From: Anaeromyxobacter sp.
GTDB lineage: Bacteria; Myxococcota; Myxococcia; Myxococcales; Anaeromyxobacteraceae
Direction of reading: 5' to 3'
DNA length: 64,000 nucleotides
Assembly (NCBI GenBank): GCA_049840735.1
Contig: JASGJN010000026.1
Coordinates: 256,001 to 320,000, forward strand
In this document: positions 13,843 to 24,616 of the stretch, one piece after another
Layout of the letters: each line of letters opens with the position of its first letter
Numbering within the stretch: the first letter of the stretch is position 1
Program-made: the position numbers and the translations under genes
The notes under the pieces: model-generated
Seen by the model: only the letters and a program-made list of their open reading frames with translations
Told to the model about the DNA's origin: nothing
Databases searched by the model: none

Positions 13843-14520
13843 GGGCGATCTCCTGGAGCGGGGGTGCGGGGGCGCTGCCAGACGACCACCTGCGGCAGGC
13901 GCCACAGGTAGCCGGCCGGCGCCACCACCGCGTGGGCGAGCCGGGTGTAGGGCACGAGGGCCAGCAGCACGAAGGCGTTGAGCGCGTGGAGCTTGAAGAG
14001 CCAGGGGAGCGGCGTCATCAGGTCCACCCGCGGCGCCAGGGTGGCCAGCGAGGCGAGCCACGGGGTGGCGACGAAGGTGAACCAGGCCAGGCCCCAGCGC
14101 GCCGACGACGCGATCCCGACGCCGGTCCCCACCTGCAGCAGCAGGATCCCCAGCACCAGCCAGTCCAGCCAGGTGGTCTGGGCGCGCAGCCGGAATCCGG
14201 CGCACGATCAGCACGCCCAGCCCCCACAGCGCGGTCAGGCCGAGCGCGAAGCCGGTGAGCTCGATGGCGAGCAGCCGCCCGGGGGCGGAGAGGAGGGCCC
14301 GCACCGGCCCAGGCAGGAAGACGGCGGCCAGGTGGAGCAGCAGGACGCAGAGGATGGCGTGGTGCCAGGCCACCGAGCCCCAGTACTGGAGCCGTCCCTC
14401 CAGCAGCTGGGAGGAGCCGGCGGTGATGGTGTGGCGCTGGGTGCGGAAGCGCTGCAGCGCGCCGGCCACCGTCACGGCCACCGCCAGGTACGGGAACACG
14501 CCGAACAGGAAGGTCTCCAT
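13839..14520 (-). CDS. narI: respiratory nitrate reductase gamma subunit (apparent +1 frameshift near 14195)
   Basis: FLFGVFPY, SSQLLE and heme His motifs (WHH..LLH; KLH; TRLAH) spread over two frames; operon position. Confidence 0.92.
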
Positions 14521-15035
14521 CACGCCACCTCCTCGCGCAGCGCGGCCAGGACGGCGCGGTAGGCGTCGTCCGGCGCGGGCGGCGCCGCCAGCATCCGGTC
14601 CAGGGCCGGGACCAGGCCGTCCTCGAGCAGCGCCTGGCGCGACGGGCCCGCCGGCGCGGAGGCCAGGTAGCGCAGCACGACGGTGAGGTGGTCGGGGAGC
14701 TCCCGGCCCGGCGTCGCGTCGTCGAAGCCGTCCTGCCGGTAGACGCCCACCAACCGGGCCATGAAGACCCCGCGCTGCGGCCCCTCCCCGCAGAGGTGGT
14801 GGCCGACGTACGGGGCGCAGGCCGGCTCCAGGTCGAAGGTGGCGGAGTAGAGCTCCTCCAGCTCGTGCGGGCGGGCCTGCTCGGCGCGGGCCACGAAGGC
14901 GTCGAGCCGGCTGCCGGCGCGCGGCCCCAGCAGCTCGCGGCAGCGGCGGGCGGCCGGAGCCGGGTCGGCGGCGGGGTAGGCGAGCAGCTCGGCGAAGGCG
15001 CCCAGCAGCTGGCGCTGGCGGTCGGGGGCGGTCAC
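14520..15035 (-). CDS. narJ: nitrate reductase molybdenum cofactor assembly chaperone
   Basis: LLAYP, EELYSATFDL, ELPDHL; lies between narH and narI. Confidence 0.92.
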   Translation of the reverse strand: MTAPDRQRQLLGAFAELLAYPAADPAPAARRCRELLGPRAGSRLDAFVARAEQARPHELEELYSATFDLEPACAPYVGHHLCGEGPQRGVFMARLVGVYRQDGFDDATPGRELPDHLTVVLRYLASAPAGPSRQALLEDGLVPALDRMLAAPPAPDDAYRAVLAALREEVA

Positions 15036-15038
15036 CGG

Positions 15039-16511
15039 TCACCTCCCCGGGGGCGCGCGCAGGTAGGCGAAGCCGGCCGCGTTCTGCCGCTGCGGCTCGA
15101 TCGCCGGCTCGGCCAGCTGCTCGCGCAGCATGGGCGGGACAACGATCCGCTCGTCCATGGAGGCCAGGGCGGTGAGCCGGTAGATGGCGTCGGCCTGCGC
15201 CGGCTCGAGCCGGGCCTCCGCCAGGGCGCCGGCGGCCGCCGCGGCGGGCAGGTCGCCGACCTGGGTGGCGCGGCGGTGCAGCCGGACCGCCATGAGCTTG
15301 CGGTAGGTCCGCCGCACCAGCTCCTCGTTGCCGGCGGTGAAGAGCGAGGCCAGGTAGCGCACCGGCAGCCGGGCCCGCTCCAGCGAGGTGAAGAAGCTCG
15401 CCTCCCCCTGGGCGGCGTCGTGCGCCATGGCGGGCAGCAGCGGCGGCACGTAGAAGAGCATGGGCAGCGTCCGGTACTCCGGGTGAAGCGGCAGGGCCAG
15501 CTCCCACTCCTTCACGAACCGGTAGACGGGGGAGCTCCGCGCCGAGGCCAGGACCGCCTCCGGCATGTTGCTGCGCCGGGCCGCGGCCACCACCTCGGGG
15601 TCGTGCGGGTCGAGGATCATCGACCGCTGGGCCTCCACCAGCTCGGCGTCGTCGCGGGCCGCCGTCCCGGCCAGCCGGTCGGCGTCGTAGAGCAGCACGC
15701 CCAGGTAGCGGATGCGGCCGACGCAGGTATGGAAGCAGGCCGGGGCCTCGCCGGCCTCCAGGCGCGGGTAGCAGAGGATGCACTTCTCCGACTTCCCGGT
15801 GGACCAGTTGAAGTAGACCTTCTTGTACGGGCAGGCGGAGACGCACATGCGCCAGCCACGGCAGCGGTCCTGGTTGATGAGGACGATGCCGTCCTCCCCG
15901 CGCTTGTAGATGGCGCCGGACGGGCAGGCGGCCACGCAGGCGGCGTTGAGGCAGTGGTTGCACATGCGCGGCAGGTAGAAGAAGACCAGCCGCTGGAGCT
16001 CCTGCAGCTCGGCCCGCTCCGCCGCCGTGAGGCCGGCCAGGTTCGGATCCTGGGCGGCGTAGACCGGCGAGCCGGAGAGGTCGTCGTCCCAGTTCGGGCC
16101 CGACCGGATCTCCATGGGCTTCCCGTCCAGCAGCGAGACCGGGCGCGCCGCGGGCTGGTCGCTGCCCGCCGGCGCGGTGAAGAGGTCGTCGTAGCGGTAG
16201 GTGAACGGGTGGTAGTAGTCGTCGAGGACCGGGAGGCGGGGGTTGGAGAAGATCCGCGCCAGGCTGGCGAGCCGGCCGCCCTGGCGCAGCTTGACGCCCT
16301 GGCCGGCCTGCTCCCACCCGCCCCGGTGCTGCTCCTGGTCCTCCCAGCTGACCGGGTAGCCGGTGCCGGGCTTGGTCTCGACGTTGTTCCACCACGCGTA
16401 CTCCATGCCGCGGCGGTCGGTCCACTGGCTCTTGCAGGCCACGCTGCAGGTGTGGCACCCGATGCACTTGTCGAGGTGGAACACCATCGAGAGCTGCGCG
16501 CGCACGTCCAT
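15039..16511 (-). CDS. narH: respiratory nitrate reductase beta subunit
   Basis: LDKCIGCHTCSVACK, NNVETKPG, PRMCNHCLNAACVAACPSG, CRGWRMCVSACPY. Confidence 0.98.
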   Translation of the reverse strand: MDVRAQLSMVFHLDKCIGCHTCSVACKSQWTDRRGMEYAWWNNVETKPGTGYPVSWEDQEQHRGGWEQAGQGVKLRQGGRLASLARIFSNPRLPVLDDYYHPFTYRYDDLFTAPAGSDQPAARPVSLLDGKPMEIRSGPNWDDDLSGSPVYAAQDPNLAGLTAAERAELQELQRLVFFYLPRMCNHCLNAACVAACPSGAIYKRGEDGIVLINQDRCRGWRMCVSACPYKKVYFNWSTGKSEKCILCYPRLEAGEAPACFHTCVGRIRYLGVLLYDADRLAGTAARDDAELVEAQRSMILDPHDPEVVAAARRSNMPEAVLASARSSPVYRFVKEWELALPLHPEYRTLPMLFYVPPLLPAMAHDAAQGEASFFTSLERARLPVRYLASLFTAGNEELVRRTYRKLMAVRLHRRATQVGDLPAAAAAGALAEARLEPAQADAIYRLTALASMDERIVVPPMLREQLAEPAIEPQRQNAAGFAYLRAPPGR

Positions 16512-16520
16512 GGCGGCTCC

Positions 16521-19500
16521 TCAGTCGTGCTGCGGCGCGCCGGCCAGCTTCCGGACGCGGATGAAGGTGTCCCGGTTGTTCCCGGTGGGACCCCAGTAGT
16601 TGAGCGCGAAGGTGAACTGGCCGTAGCCGCCCAGCATCAGCGTGGGCTTGAGCCGCACGCGCGTCAGGCTGTTGTGGCCGCCGGCCCGGCGCCCGCCGCG
16701 CTCCGGGCTCCTGGGCACGCCGATGGTCCGCTCCGGCGCGTGGTAGAGCAGGCACAGGCCGCGCGGGATGCGGGCGCTCACCACGCAGCGGACCACCACC
16801 ACCCCGTGGTCGTTGAAGGCCTCCACCCAGTCGTTGTCCTGGAGCCCGTTGCGGGCGGCGTCCTGGTCGTTCACCCAGAGCGGATGGGTGCCGCGGGAGA
16901 GCGTCAGCATGCGGAGGTTGTCGCCGAAGGTGGAGTGGATGCCCCACTTGCCGTGGGGGGTGAGGTAGTTGAGCTCCAGGCTGGGCCCCTCGTCGCCGGA
17001 GTGCTGGAGGTCGTCCACCACCTCCGGCGCCGGCTTGGGCTTGTAGGTGGGCAGCGCCTCCCCGAAGGCGATGAAGCCCGGGTGGTCGAGGTAGAAGTGC
17101 TGCCGGCCGGTCAGCGTCCGCCAGGGGACCAGCCGCTCGACGTTGAGGCAGTAGGCGGAGTAGGTCCGCCCCTTCCCCGTGAGCCCCGTCCAGCAGGGGC
17201 TGTCGAGCAGCCGCCGCGGCTGCCGGGTCAGGTCGCGGAAGGTGGTGCGGACGTCGCGGCTGCCGGCCACCAGGTCGGTGAGCGGCAGCCCCACCTTCTT
17301 CTCCTCGGCGGCGAAGGCGCGGAAGGCCGACTCGCCGTTGGTCTCGGGCGCCAGGTGGAGGATCACCTCGGCGGCGTCGCGGGCGGTGACCAGGGACGGG
17401 TAGCGCTGGCCGCCCCACTCCACCGTGTTCCGGTCGCGCACCAGCTGGTCGTAGAGGTCGTCCACCGGCCAGCTGATCCCGTGCGCGCCGATGCCCTGCG
17501 CCCGCACCACCGGGCCGAAGGAGACGAACCGGTCGTGCAGGTGCACGTAGTCGCGGTCCACGTAGGACAGCGAGGGCATGGTCTTCCCGGGCTCGGGCTC
17601 GCACTCGCCGGCGCGCCAGTCCTTGAGCTCGCGCTGGGCCAGCTCTGCCGGCGTGTCGTGCATGAGCGGGCGGGTGACGATCTCCCGCACCGGCTCGGGC
17701 AGGTGGGTCCGGGCCAGCTCGCTCACCTTCTCGGCGATGGCCTTGAAGATGTCCCAGTCGCTCCTCGACTCCCAGCAGGGCGGGACCGCCGCCTGCAGGG
17801 GGTGGATGAACGAGTGCATGTCGGTGGAGTTGAGGTCGTCCTTCTCGTACCAGGTGGCGGCCGGGAGGATGACGTCGGAGTAGAGCGCCGACGTGTCCAT
17901 GCGGAAGTTGAGGTCCACCACCAGATCGAGCTTCCCCACCGGCGCCGGATCCCGCCAGGCGACCTCGGCCACCTGGCCCTCGGCGGTCTCCGGCGCCACC
18001 GCGCTGGAGTGCGTGCCCAGGTAGTGGCGGAGGAAGTACTCGTGCCCCTTGGCGGAGGAGGAGAGGGCGTTGCCGCGCCAGATGAACCAGAGCCGTGGCC
18101 AGTTCTCCGGGGCGTCGGGGTCCTCGACCGAGAACCTGAGCCGCCGCTCCCGGAGCTGCTGCACCACCCAGGCCGAGACCTCGGCGTCGGTGGTGGCGCC
18201 GGCGGCGCGCGCCTCGGCCACCACCGCCGCGGGCGTCCGGTCGAACTGCGGGAAGAAGGGGAGCCAGCCCAGCCGCACCGCCCGGGCCTGGTGGTCCATG
18301 GTGTGGCGGGTGGCGAAGGCGCTGGGCTCGGGGAGCGGGTTGAGCTGCTCGTCCTCGCAGGCGCGCTCGTAGCGCCACTGGTCGGAGTGGACGTAGTGGA
18401 AGCTGGGCGCGTTCTGCAGCCGCGGCGGCCCGGCCCAGTCCAGGGCGAAGGCCAGCGCCGACCAGGGCGCCACCGGGGCCAGCTTCTCCTGCCCCACGTA
18501 GTGGTTGAGGCCGCCGCCGTTCTTGCCCACGCAGCCGCACAGCACCAGGCCGGCGATGGCGGCGCGGTAGGCGTGGTCGCCGTGGTACCACTGGTTCACG
18601 CCGGCGCCGATGATGATCGAGCACTTGCCGCCGGTCTTCTCGGCGGTGGTGGCCCACTCCCGGGCGAAGCGGATCACCTCGGCGCGCGAGACGCCGGTGA
18701 AGCGCTCCTGCCAGGCCGGGGTGTAGGCGGCCTCGGCGTCGTCGTAGCTGGCGGGGGAGTCGCCGGGGAGGCCGCGCCCCACGCCGTACTGGGCGAAGAG
18801 CAGGTCGTAGACGGTCGCGACCTTCACCGGCCCGCGCACCGTCTCCACCACGTTGAACGGCACGCCGCGCAGGGCCACCCGGCCGGTGGCGTACTCGTCG
18901 AACGCCACCTGGGCGATCCCGTCGTGCTGCTCCAGCAGCGAGGTGCGCGGGTCGAGCTCGGCGCCGTCCACGCCGTCCTTCAGCTCCAGGTTCCACTGGC
19001 CCTTCTCGTGCTGCCAGCGGAACCCGAGCGTGCCGCGCGGCATGCGGGGCGCGCCGGCCCGGTCGTCCCAGACCAGGAACTTGAAGTCCCCGTGCTCGGC
19101 GTCGCGGGTCCGCGCCACCTGGCTGGCCGGCAGCATGCGGCCGGGGCGCAGGCCGCCCGGGCGGTCCTCCAGCTCGATCAGGAAGGGCGCGTCGCTGTAG
19201 CGGCGCACGTAGTCGAGGAAGGCGGGCGTGCGGCGCTCGTGGTGGAACTCGCGCAGGATCACGTGGTCCACGGCCAGCCAGAAGGCGGCGTCCTGGCCGG
19301 CGTGGATGGGGATCCACTGGTCGGCGTACTTGGACGTCATGCTGAAGTCGGGGCTGAGCACCACCAGCTTGGCGCCGTCGTGGCGCGCCTCGGCCGCGAA
19401 GTGGACGTCCGGGGTGCGCGTCATCCCCATGTTGGCGCCCATGGAGACGATGAACTTGGAGTGGTACCAGTCGGCGCTCTCGGCCACGTCGGTCTGCTCG

Positions 19501-20147
19501 CCCCACACCTCCGGCGAGGCGTTGGGCAGGTCGCAGTACCAGTCGTAGAAGGAGAGGTTGACGGCGCCCAGCAGCTGCAGGAACCGCGAGCCGGCCGCGA
19601 AGCTGAGCATCGACATGGCCGGGATGGGGCTGAAGCCGATGATGCGGTCCGACCCGTGCTGCTTGATGGTGTGGATGGTGGAGGCCGCCACCAGCTCCAG
19701 CACCTCGTCCCACGAGGCGCGGCGCAGCCCGCCCTTCCCGCGCGCCTCCTGGTAGCGCCGCCGCCGCTCGGGGTCGCCCACGATGGAGGCCCAGGCGGCC
19801 ACCGGATCGGCGTGGGCGGCGCGCGCCTCGCGCCACAGGTCCATGAGCACGCCGCGGAGGTACGGGTACTTCACCCGCAGCGGGCTGTAGAGGTACCAGC
19901 TGGCGGAGATGCCGCGCTGGCAGCCGCGCGGCTCGTACGCGGGCACGTCGCAGCTGATGCGGGGGTAGTCGGTGGCCTGGGTCTCGAGGGCCACCACGCC
20001 GTTCTTGACGTGGATGTTCCAGGAACAGCCGCCGGTGCAGTTCACGCCGTGCGTGCTCCGCACCACCTTGTCGTGCTGGAAGCGGTTCCGGTACAGCTCC
20101 TCCCAGCGGCGCTGGTCGGGATCGAAGATGTCCTTGACCCAGCTCAT
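16521..20147 (-). CDS. narG: respiratory nitrate reductase alpha subunit
   Basis: [48 protein letters not shown]; no Tat signal. Confidence 0.98.
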   Translation of the reverse strand: MSWVKDIFDPDQRRWEELYRNRFQHDKVVRSTHGVNCTGGCSWNIHVKNGVVALETQATDYPRISCDVPAYEPRGCQRGISASWYLYSPLRVKYPYLRGVLMDLWREARAAHADPVAAWASIVGDPERRRRYQEARGKGGLRRASWDEVLELVAASTIHTIKQHGSDRIIGFSPIPAMSMLSFAAGSRFLQLLGAVNLSFYDWYCDLPNASPEVWGEQTDVAESADWYHSKFIVSMGANMGMTRTPDVHFAAEARHDGAKLVVLSPDFSMTSKYADQWIPIHAGQDAAFWLAVDHVILREFHHERRTPAFLDYVRRYSDAPFLIELEDRPGGLRPGRMLPASQVARTRDAEHGDFKFLVWDDRAGAPRMPRGTLGFRWQHEKGQWNLELKDGVDGAELDPRTSLLEQHDGIAQVAFDEYATGRVALRGVPFNVVETVRGPVKVATVYDLLFAQYGVGRGLPGDSPASYDDAEAAYTPAWQERFTGVSRAEVIRFAREWATTAEKTGGKCSIIIGAGVNQWYHGDHAYRAAIAGLVLCGCVGKNGGGLNHYVGQEKLAPVAPWSALAFALDWAGPPRLQNAPSFHYVHSDQWRYERACEDEQLNPLPEPSAFATRHTMDHQARAVRLGWLPFFPQFDRTPAAVVAEARAAGATTDAEVSAWVVQQLRERRLRFSVEDPDAPENWPRLWFIWRGNALSSSAKGHEYFLRHYLGTHSSAVAPETAEGQVAEVAWRDPAPVGKLDLVVDLNFRMDTSALYSDVILPAATWYEKDDLNSTDMHSFIHPLQAAVPPCWESRSDWDIFKAIAEKVSELARTHLPEPVREIVTRPLMHDTPAELAQRELKDWRAGECEPEPGKTMPSLSYVDRDYVHLHDRFVSFGPVVRAQGIGAHGISWPVDDLYDQLVRDRNTVEWGGQRYPSLVTARDAAEVILHLAPETNGESAFRAFAAEEKKVGLPLTDLVAGSRDVRTTFRDLTRQPRRLLDSPCWTGLTGKGRTYSAYCLNVERLVPWRTLTGRQHFYLDHPGFIAFGEALPTYKPKPAPEVVDDLQHSGDEGPSLELNYLTPHGKWGIHSTFGDNLRMLTLSRGTHPLWVNDQDAARNGLQDNDWVEAFNDHGVVVVRCVVSARIPRGLCLLYHAPERTIGVPRSPERGGRRAGGHNSLTRVRLKPTLMLGGYGQFTFALNYWGPTGNNRDTFIRVRKLAGAPQHD

Positions 20148-20626
20148 CGCGAACCTCCCCGGTTGAGCGCGGCGGCGGCCAGCAGGCGCGCCCGCGACGG
20201 CGCCTTCCGCCGGCGCGCCGCCAGCGCCAGGAGCGCCAGGAGGGCGACCGCGCCCAGCGCGCCCATGAGCTCGAAGCGCCACGCGCCGCCGGCGGGGGCC
20301 GCCTGCGTGGCCTGGACCAGGAAGGCCGCCAGGTCGGCCCGCTCCTCCGGCAGGAGGGCGCGCCCGTCGTAGAGCGGCGTCATGGTCGGGAAGGGGAGCG
20401 CCTCCAGCACCGGGTCCAGGTCCGCCGCGGCCATGCCGCCCAGCGCGGCGGACAGCTCCGGGCCCAGCGACGCGCCGAAGGCCGGCCCCTGGCTGCCCAG
20501 CGCGTGGCAGGCGCCGCAGGGCGGGCCGCCGGCCTGGAACGGCCGCTCGCCGATGAAGAGGCTCCGGCCGGCGGCGGGATCGCCGGCGGCCAGGAGGAGC
20601 GCGACGGACAGCGCGGGGAGCGTCAC
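20144..20626 (-). CDS. membrane-anchored monoheme cytochrome c (NarC-like)
   Basis: Signal-like N-terminus, CGACH, LGPEL, FPTMTP, C-terminal TM helix; overlaps the narG start. Confidence 0.85.
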   Translation of the reverse strand: MTLPALSVALLLAAGDPAAGRSLFIGERPFQAGGPPCGACHALGSQGPAFGASLGPELSAALGGMAAADLDPVLEALPFPTMTPLYDGRALLPEERADLAAFLVQATQAAPAGGAWRFELMGALGAVALLALLALAARRRKAPSRARLLAAAALNRGGSR

Positions 20627-20650
20627 CGGACGTACCTCCAGTCAACCAAG

Positions 20651-20674
20651 ATAATGGACATGGATATCCAGAAT
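20651..20674. promoter_or_regulatory. candidate Rrf2 operator (imperfect inverted repeat)
   Basis: ATAATGGACATGGATATCCAGAAT matches its reverse complement at 16 of 24 positions; AT-rich island between divergent genes. Confidence 0.55.
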
Positions 20675-20709
20675 ACCGGTTGGGCGTCCAGCGTGACGTG
20701 GCGCGCCGC

Positions 20710-21141
20710 ATGGGTTACCTTCTGCTCGTGACCTTCTCGGCCTCCACCACCCACGCGCTCCGGGCCGTGGCCTGGTTGGCGTCCAGCGCCGGCGAGGCGG
20801 TGCTGGGCCGCGACCTGGCACGCCGTCTCAAGATCCCCCCGGATTACCTCTCCAAGGTGCTGGCCACGCTGGCCCGCGCCGGCGTGCTCTCCGCCACGCG
20901 GGGGGCCAAGGGCGGCTACCGGCTGGCGCGGCCGGCCGAGCGGATCAGGCTGGTCGAGGTGGTGACGCCGTTCGAGGGGAAGCGGGCGCGGACCGGCTGC
21001 CTGCTCCGGCCCGACCGGCCCTGCCGCGGCTCGTCCACCTGCTCCGCGCACGTCTCCTGGGAGGGCGTCAACGAGACCTACCGCGCCTTCCTGGAGAAGA
21101 CGACGGTGGCCGACATCAAGGAGGGACGGATCGCGGGGTGA
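20710..21141 (+). CDS. Rrf2-family transcriptional regulator with three C-terminal Cys (start may be GTG20728)
   Basis: [32 protein letters not shown]-x7-C-x5-C followed by SAH. Confidence 0.92.
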   Translation: MGYLLLVTFSASTTHALRAVAWLASSAGEAVLGRDLARRLKIPPDYLSKVLATLARAGVLSATRGAKGGYRLARPAERIRLVEVVTPFEGKRARTGCLLRPDRPCRGSSTCSAHVSWEGVNETYRAFLEKTTVADIKEGRIAG

Positions 21142-21184
21142 GGCGGCGCCGGGCCAGCGGCCCGCTCCGGCGGGGACGGGGGCT

Positions 21185-21233
21185 CCGTTCGCCCTGGGCG
21201 TAGCGCCCGCGCGCGGGCGCGGAGTCGAAGGAC
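21185..21233 (+). repeat. long-type REP-like palindrome
   Basis: Matches the family consensus. Confidence 0.8.
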
Positions 21234-21252
21234 AGCGACTGGAGAACGCGAA

Positions 21253-21278
21253 GGCCGCCGCCCTCGCGGGCAGCGGCC
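21253..21278. terminator. possible terminator hairpin between convergent genes
   Basis: GGCCGC-C-GCCC-TCGC-GGGC-A-GCGGCC stem; weak U tract. Confidence 0.35.
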
Positions 21279-21309
21279 TCCGGATGAAGGTCAGCGGGTC
21301 AGGCGCGGA

Positions 21310-22083
21310 CTAGTAGATCGTCCACTGCACCATGGCCTGCGGGACGGACGAGGTCTCGTGGTCGTCGCCGACCGGAGCCGTGTGCACGGCCCACTCGACG
21401 CCGGCGTGCAGCTTGCCCTTGGGGCCGCCGGCCAGGCCGAGCACGTCCACCAGCAGCTCGGGCTGCGCCCAGAGCTCCCAGGTGTTGTCGCCGTTGCCGT
21501 CCTTGGTGCCGTTCACGTCGATGAAGCCGGTGAAGACGAAGTCGACGGCGCCGACCTTGAAGGGCACGGTCCAGAACGGGCTGACCTGCCACTGGTTGTA
21601 CGCGTACTTGTCGTACCGGTAGAACACGTTGGTGCCCAGCACCCAGCCCGGAGGCGCGTTGAAGTCGAAGCCGACGCCGGCCAGGTAGGCGTAGAAGTTC
21701 GCGCCCTGGTTCACCTCACCGGCCAGGCCCCAGTGACGGACCAGGCCCTTCGAGTCCTTGGAGCCGAAGAAGTCGGACAGCCACAGGCGCGGGTGCCACT
21801 CGGCGTAGATGTCGGCCGCGTCCTTGTGGCCGGCGAAGTTCGGGGCGCTTTCGTACCGGGTCAGGTCGGCGAAGAAGAACTGGTCGCCGTGCTCCCAGGT
21901 GGAGAAGTGGTTCAGCGTGAGCGTCGTCGCCGTCCCGCTGGTGTAGCCGGGGTGCAGCTCGTCGTCCCAGTTGTAGCCCTGGAGCAGCTGGACGTTGGTG
22001 GTCGAGAACCCGCCCGCGAAGGCCGCAGGAGCGGCGAGCGCGAGGGCGAGCGCGAGGATGGCCTTGGAGGTGCGGAGGGTCAT
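21310..22083 (-). CDS. Tsx/OmpK-like outer membrane channel
   Basis: Signal peptide; STTNVQLL.G, TLTL.HFS.WE.GD.FFF.D, IYAEWHPRL; aromatic C-terminus. Confidence 0.8.
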   Translation of the reverse strand: MTLRTSKAILALALALAAPAAFAGGFSTTNVQLLQGYNWDDELHPGYTSGTATTLTLNHFSTWEHGDQFFFADLTRYESAPNFAGHKDAADIYAEWHPRLWLSDFFGSKDSKGLVRHWGLAGEVNQGANFYAYLAGVGFDFNAPPGWVLGTNVFYRYDKYAYNQWQVSPFWTVPFKVGAVDFVFTGFIDVNGTKDGNGDNTWELWAQPELLVDVLGLAGGPKGKLHAGVEWAVHTAPVGDDHETSSVPQAMVQWTIY

Positions 22084-22309
22084 GGGCCTGGGCTTCTAGC
22101 TCACCTCCCTGACACACCGGAAGGGGCTTGAACGTCCGCTTGCTGCCCGCCCGGGCGGCGCGCGCTGCCCGGATGGCGGACAGGAGGCGCAAAGACCCGG
22201 CACTTCAAGGAGAAACGGGCTGAGGGGCCCTGCACGCGCGGCGCGCAAGGGGCATCCAGCGACCGCTGATCGGACCCTGGATCCGCCCAGACGGTGGGTG
22301 CGGGTCCGG

Positions 22310-23344
22310 TCAGGCGAAGGGGACGAGGTGCAGCCGATCGCCGGGGGCGACGTCCAGCGCCTTCATGGCGCGCTCCGGCAGCCGCACGGACTCTCCGTCG
22401 AGCCGCGCCACCGTGCGCACGGCGCGGAAGCGGACCTTGCCGCCGGTGCGCGCCACGCCGGCCAGCCACTCCTCGCCGTCGTGCTCGTGCTCCGCCAGCG
22501 GCAGCCGCGCCAGCTTCGCGCGCCGGTGGTTGCGCACCAGCGTCACGTCGGCCAGCTTCGCCTCGTAGTGCGGGCCGCCGTCGAACGGGTCCACGCGGCT
22601 CACGTACTTGAAGCCGATCCGCTCCAGCAGCCGCCGCACCGGCTCGGTGTCCGGCCCCACCTTGCCCAGCGCGCGGCGCACCGACTCGGGGAAGAGCGTG
22701 GCGTAGACGTCCACCGGCGGGAACAGCTGCTGGATGAACTCCTTGTTCTCCCGGCTCTTCTTGTCGGCGGTCTGGTAGTCGAGGTCGGTGAAGCGCTTGC
22801 CGAAGGCCTCCCAGAAGGCGCTGCGGCCGTCCCTGGCCAGCGGCGGCATCAGCTCGGCCAGCACCGTCTCGCGGAACCGCTCGCGGAACGCGGCCATGTA
22901 GAGGAAGCGGACGTAGGCCAGCTGCTTGCCCGCCTTCTGCTCGCCGCCGCGGTCCTGCGGGTGGACCACCAGGCCGCCGATCTCGCTGGGGCCGTCGAAG
23001 TGGTAGCCGATGGAGAGGACCTGGTGCGTGAAGTGGCGGTCGAGCGTGGAGGAGTAGTGCTCGCGCTCGGAGACGTCGAAGAAGGTGCAGGGCGACTCGC
23101 GCGTGCCGTGCTTGGCGATCACCATCGACGTGCCGACGATGCGGCGCGTGCGCGGGTCCTCGGCCACGAAGACGTAGTGGCGCTGGAGCGGGTCGCGGAT
23201 CCGGCCGTCGAAGCTGCGCACCGAGCGGTCGATGATCCCTGCCAGCGCGCGCTGGTCATAGGGGAGGTTGACGGTGTTGAGCACCTTCGCCAGCTTCGCG
23301 AGGCTCTCGAGGTCCGACTTCTGGGCGTCCCGGAGGAGGAGCAT
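22310..23344 (-). CDS. astA: arginine N-succinyltransferase family protein
   Basis: YVFVAED...VGTS, SEIGGL, GKQLAYVRFLYM, VLAEL, FWEAFGKRF, DPFDGGP. Confidence 0.85.
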   Translation of the reverse strand: MLLLRDAQKSDLESLAKLAKVLNTVNLPYDQRALAGIIDRSVRSFDGRIRDPLQRHYVFVAEDPRTRRIVGTSMVIAKHGTRESPCTFFDVSEREHYSSTLDRHFTHQVLSIGYHFDGPSEIGGLVVHPQDRGGEQKAGKQLAYVRFLYMAAFRERFRETVLAELMPPLARDGRSAFWEAFGKRFTDLDYQTADKKSRENKEFIQQLFPPVDVYATLFPESVRRALGKVGPDTEPVRRLLERIGFKYVSRVDPFDGGPHYEAKLADVTLVRNHRRAKLARLPLAEHEHDGEEWLAGVARTGGKVRFRAVRTVARLDGESVRLPERAMKALDVAPGDRLHLVPFA

Positions 23345-23671
23345 GCGGTCGGAGCTGCTGTGGGCGGGTGGGATGGTGCCGGCGCGGCGGGTCTAGCACG
23401 GGGCCGGGGCTTCGGCCACCGGCCGCCCGCACACCTACATCGACCGGCTCCTCAGGACACCCGCCCGGGTGGCGCGCGGGCCGGCGTGCCACGGCCCGGA
23501 GACGCGCGCACCGGATCCCCGTACCCGGACCTTGGGTCCGCGTCCCGGATCCAGAGGGCGGCTGAAACCCAGGGTGTGAGCCGCTCGTCCCAGATTCAGC
23601 GGCTTTCCGGGAGGGGCGCAAACGTGTTCTTCAATACTGAGGAAGCGGGAGCCTGGGAGAGGATCAGCCGG

Positions 23672-24100
23672 ATGAGCGACGAGCGCACCAAGGGGCCAGC
23701 CGACCTGGCAGCGAGCCAGGGACCCCGCACGCGCGCCGTGCTGGTCGTCGACGACGAGCCGTTGCTCCTCTCGGCGCTGCGCCGGCTGCTGGTCCCCCGG
23801 TTCAGGGTGGAGACCTTCGACGACGCGGCGCAGGCGCTGGAGCGCATCCGCGGCGGCGCTCGCTTCGAGGCCATCCTCTGCGACCTGAACATGCCCGGCA
23901 TGGACGGGGTGGCGTTCCACGACGCGCTGGCGGCCGCGCTGCCCGAGCAGGCGCGCCGCATCGTCTTCATGACCGGCGGGGCGCTGGGGGAGCGGTCGCA
24001 GCGCGTGGTCCGGTCCGGGCGCCACCGGGTGCTGGAGAAGCCGCTCGAGCGGGGCGCCCTGTTGCGCGCGCTGGACGGGCCGCCGGCCCCGGAGCCGTGA
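23672..24100 (+). CDS. single-domain response regulator
   Basis: VLVVDDE, ILCDLNMPGMDG, FMTG, LEKP. Confidence 0.9.
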   Translation: MSDERTKGPADLAASQGPRTRAVLVVDDEPLLLSALRRLLVPRFRVETFDDAAQALERIRGGARFEAILCDLNMPGMDGVAFHDALAAALPEQARRIVFMTGGALGERSQRVVRSGRHRVLEKPLERGALLRALDGPPAPEP

Positions 24101-24145
24101 AAGCCGACCGTTGAAAACCGGCCGCGGGCGTGCGATCCCAGCCGG

Positions 24146-24595
24146 ATGCGGGCGGTGGTCCAGCGCGTGACGCGCGCCGAGGTGCGGGTCGAGGGGGCGG
24201 TGACCGGGTCGATCGACCGCGGCCTGCTGGTGCTGCTGGGCGTGGCCAGGGACGACGTGGCCGCCGACGCGAAGGTCATCGCCGACAAGCTGGCCGGGCT
24301 GCGCGTCTTCGAGGACCCGGCCGGCAAGCTGAACCTCTCCACCGCCGAGGTGGGCGGCGGGCTGCTGGTGGTCTCGCAGTTCACGCTGCTGGGCGACGCC
24401 CGCAAGGGCAACCGCCCCTCCTTCGTCGACGCCGCGCCGCCCGAGGCCGCCAACGCGCTCTACCAGGACGTCTGCGCCCAGCTGCGCGCCCGGGGGCTCC
24501 CGGTGGCCACCGGCGTGTTCCGTGCCGACATGAAGGTGGAGCTGGTGAACGACGGCCCGGTGACCATCCTGCTCGACTCGCGCAAGCTCTTCTGA
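24146..24595 (+). CDS. dtd: D-aminoacyl-tRNA deacylase
   Basis: MRAVVQRV, VSQFTL, KGNRPSF, NDGPVT. Confidence 0.97.
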   Translation: MRAVVQRVTRAEVRVEGAVTGSIDRGLLVLLGVARDDVAADAKVIADKLAGLRVFEDPAGKLNLSTAEVGGGLLVVSQFTLLGDARKGNRPSFVDAAPPEAANALYQDVCAQLRARGLPVATGVFRADMKVELVNDGPVTILLDSRKLF

Positions 24596-24616
24596 CCCGC
24601 TTCACCCGAGGTGACC

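Noticed and set aside
16521..20147. NarG as nitrite oxidoreductase or perchlorate reductase
   Set aside because: No Tat signal, and the narJ, narI and narK context fits a cytoplasm-facing respiratory Nar. A phylogeny would be needed to exclude it fully.
12478..20372. Very long ORFs (2452 aa at 12478-19836, 1894 aa at 14688-20372) and similar ones elsewhere (1541-6304, 42353-46318, 55753-60690)
   Set aside because: Shadow or alternate-frame ORFs typical of high-GC DNA, rich in Arg/Gly/Pro/Ala. Some contain a real gene only in their last part; the 2452-aa ORF picks up narI and narK through a frameshift.
22186..22210. GGCGCAAAG...CCGG resembling a c-di-GMP-I riboswitch fragment
   Set aside because: It lacks the upstream GGCAAAC/GAAA stem and is on the opposite strand to the adjacent gene.
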